From Nitrospirota bacterium (GTDB lineage: Bacteria; Nitrospirota; UBA9217), in contig CAVUCU010000001.1 of NCBI GenBank assembly GCA_963740085.1, positions 1,152,001 to 1,216,000 on the forward strand: a DNA stretch of 64,000 nucleotides, read 5' to 3'. The notes under the pieces were generated by a model, which saw only the letters and a program-made list of their open reading frames with translations, made no database searches and was not told where the DNA came from. The position numbers were made by a program, and so were the translations under genes. Shown piece after piece: positions 63,433 to 64,000 of the stretch (the first letter of the stretch is position 1; every line of letters starts with the position of its first letter).

Positions 63433-64000
63433 CTAAAGGGAGAGCCGGGGAGGACCCTCCGGCATGACGAACTGGATCCCTGCGTGGTAGGAGTCATCGG
63501 CTCCCCTGGACTTGCTCCATCGCACGACCCCCGTACTCAGTACAGGATTGTCACTGAACCTGAGAAGTTGGCCGGGTTTGAGCAGATAATCCGTCCGGAT
63601 ACACATGCCACTGTCGTTCATCTCGAGAATGCCGGCGGTGAAGCTCTTTTCCCCGTGTTCACCATCTGAGGTGACCACAGAGCAGGTCGTATTGGGCATG
63701 ACTGCCTTTCTTTCGCTCTGTCTCTTGTCCTCTATCAGCCAGTTTTCGAATGTTTCGTACCCTGACCGGCTGCAGGAATGATCTCCCGACTGACGTATTG
63801 ACATCCCCTGCCCGATGATGCGATCCACAAAAAGCTTGACACGATCCAGATCAAATGGCTTGGAAAGAAGCAGATGCGCATTCGCCTGAATGGATTGAAT
63901 TGTTGCAGGATCATCAACCACGCTCGCCGTCATTATAATGATCTTCGTGCCCGGCGAGGATTGCTTGATGGTCTTCATAAGATCCAGGCCGCTTATGTCA
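63433..64000 (-). CDS. Response regulator receiver fused to a PilZ-like domain; the 5' end lies outside the window
   Basis: The frame is open to the edge (DISGLDLMKT...IIIMTA...KPFD), then KRQSER and EMNDSGMCI...GVVRW...AGIQF. Confidence 0.8.
   Translation of the reverse strand, partial: DISGLDLMKTIKQSSPGTKIIIMTASVVDDPATIQSIQANAHLLLSKPFDLDRVKLFVDRIIGQGMSIRQSGDHSCSRSGYETFENWLIEDKRQSERKAVMPNTTCSVVTSDGEHGEKSFTAGILEMNDSGMCIRTDYLLKPGQLLRFSDNPVLSTGVVRWSKSRGADDSYHAGIQFVMPEGPPRLSL

Noticed and set aside
1-64000. tRNA, rRNA, transposase, integrase or prophage genes
   Set aside because: None recognised by eye or in the ORF track; a covariance-model scan would be needed to exclude small RNAs.

Overview
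A 64-kb chromosomal region of a GC-rich Gram-negative bacterium devoted to extracellular electron transfer and cell-surface modification; the host cannot be identified from sequence alone. (1) At 1-25.3 kb on the minus strand is a Geobacter-like OmcS cytochrome-nanowire cluster: a truncated multiheme cytochrome, a 26-heme lipoprotein cytochrome, a SurA/PpiC-type foldase, two CsgG/PelC-like lipoproteins (one interrupted by about 20 Calx-beta domains), a beta-barrel with an internal discoidin-like domain, two beta-propellers and three OmcS-family hexaheme genes. Two omcS paralogues each carry a GEMM-I riboswitch, and the two differ at the ligand-specificity base (A20, cGAMP-type; G20, c-di-GMP-type). 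(2) At 25.8-59.8 kb is a lipid-carrier-dependent glycosylation island: four TMTC-like GT-C/TPR genes, an ArnT/PMT-like and a YfhO-like GT-C, three GT2s, GtrA, an acyltransferase, two methyltransferases, two membrane-fused spermidine-synthase-like genes and a giant Ser/Thr-rich repeat surface protein. (3) At 60.2-64 kb are a CxxCH-containing sensor kinase, a sigma-54 activator and a REC-PilZ protein. Three sigma-54 promoters share an upstream palindromic motif. Intergenic regions hold families of palindromic REP/MITE-like repeats, including a three-unit array in which one unit carries a GxxExxY nuclease-like gene. Many genes contain single-base frameshifts that look like long-read errors rather than true pseudogenes. 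Geobacter locus comparisons are from recall, not from a search.
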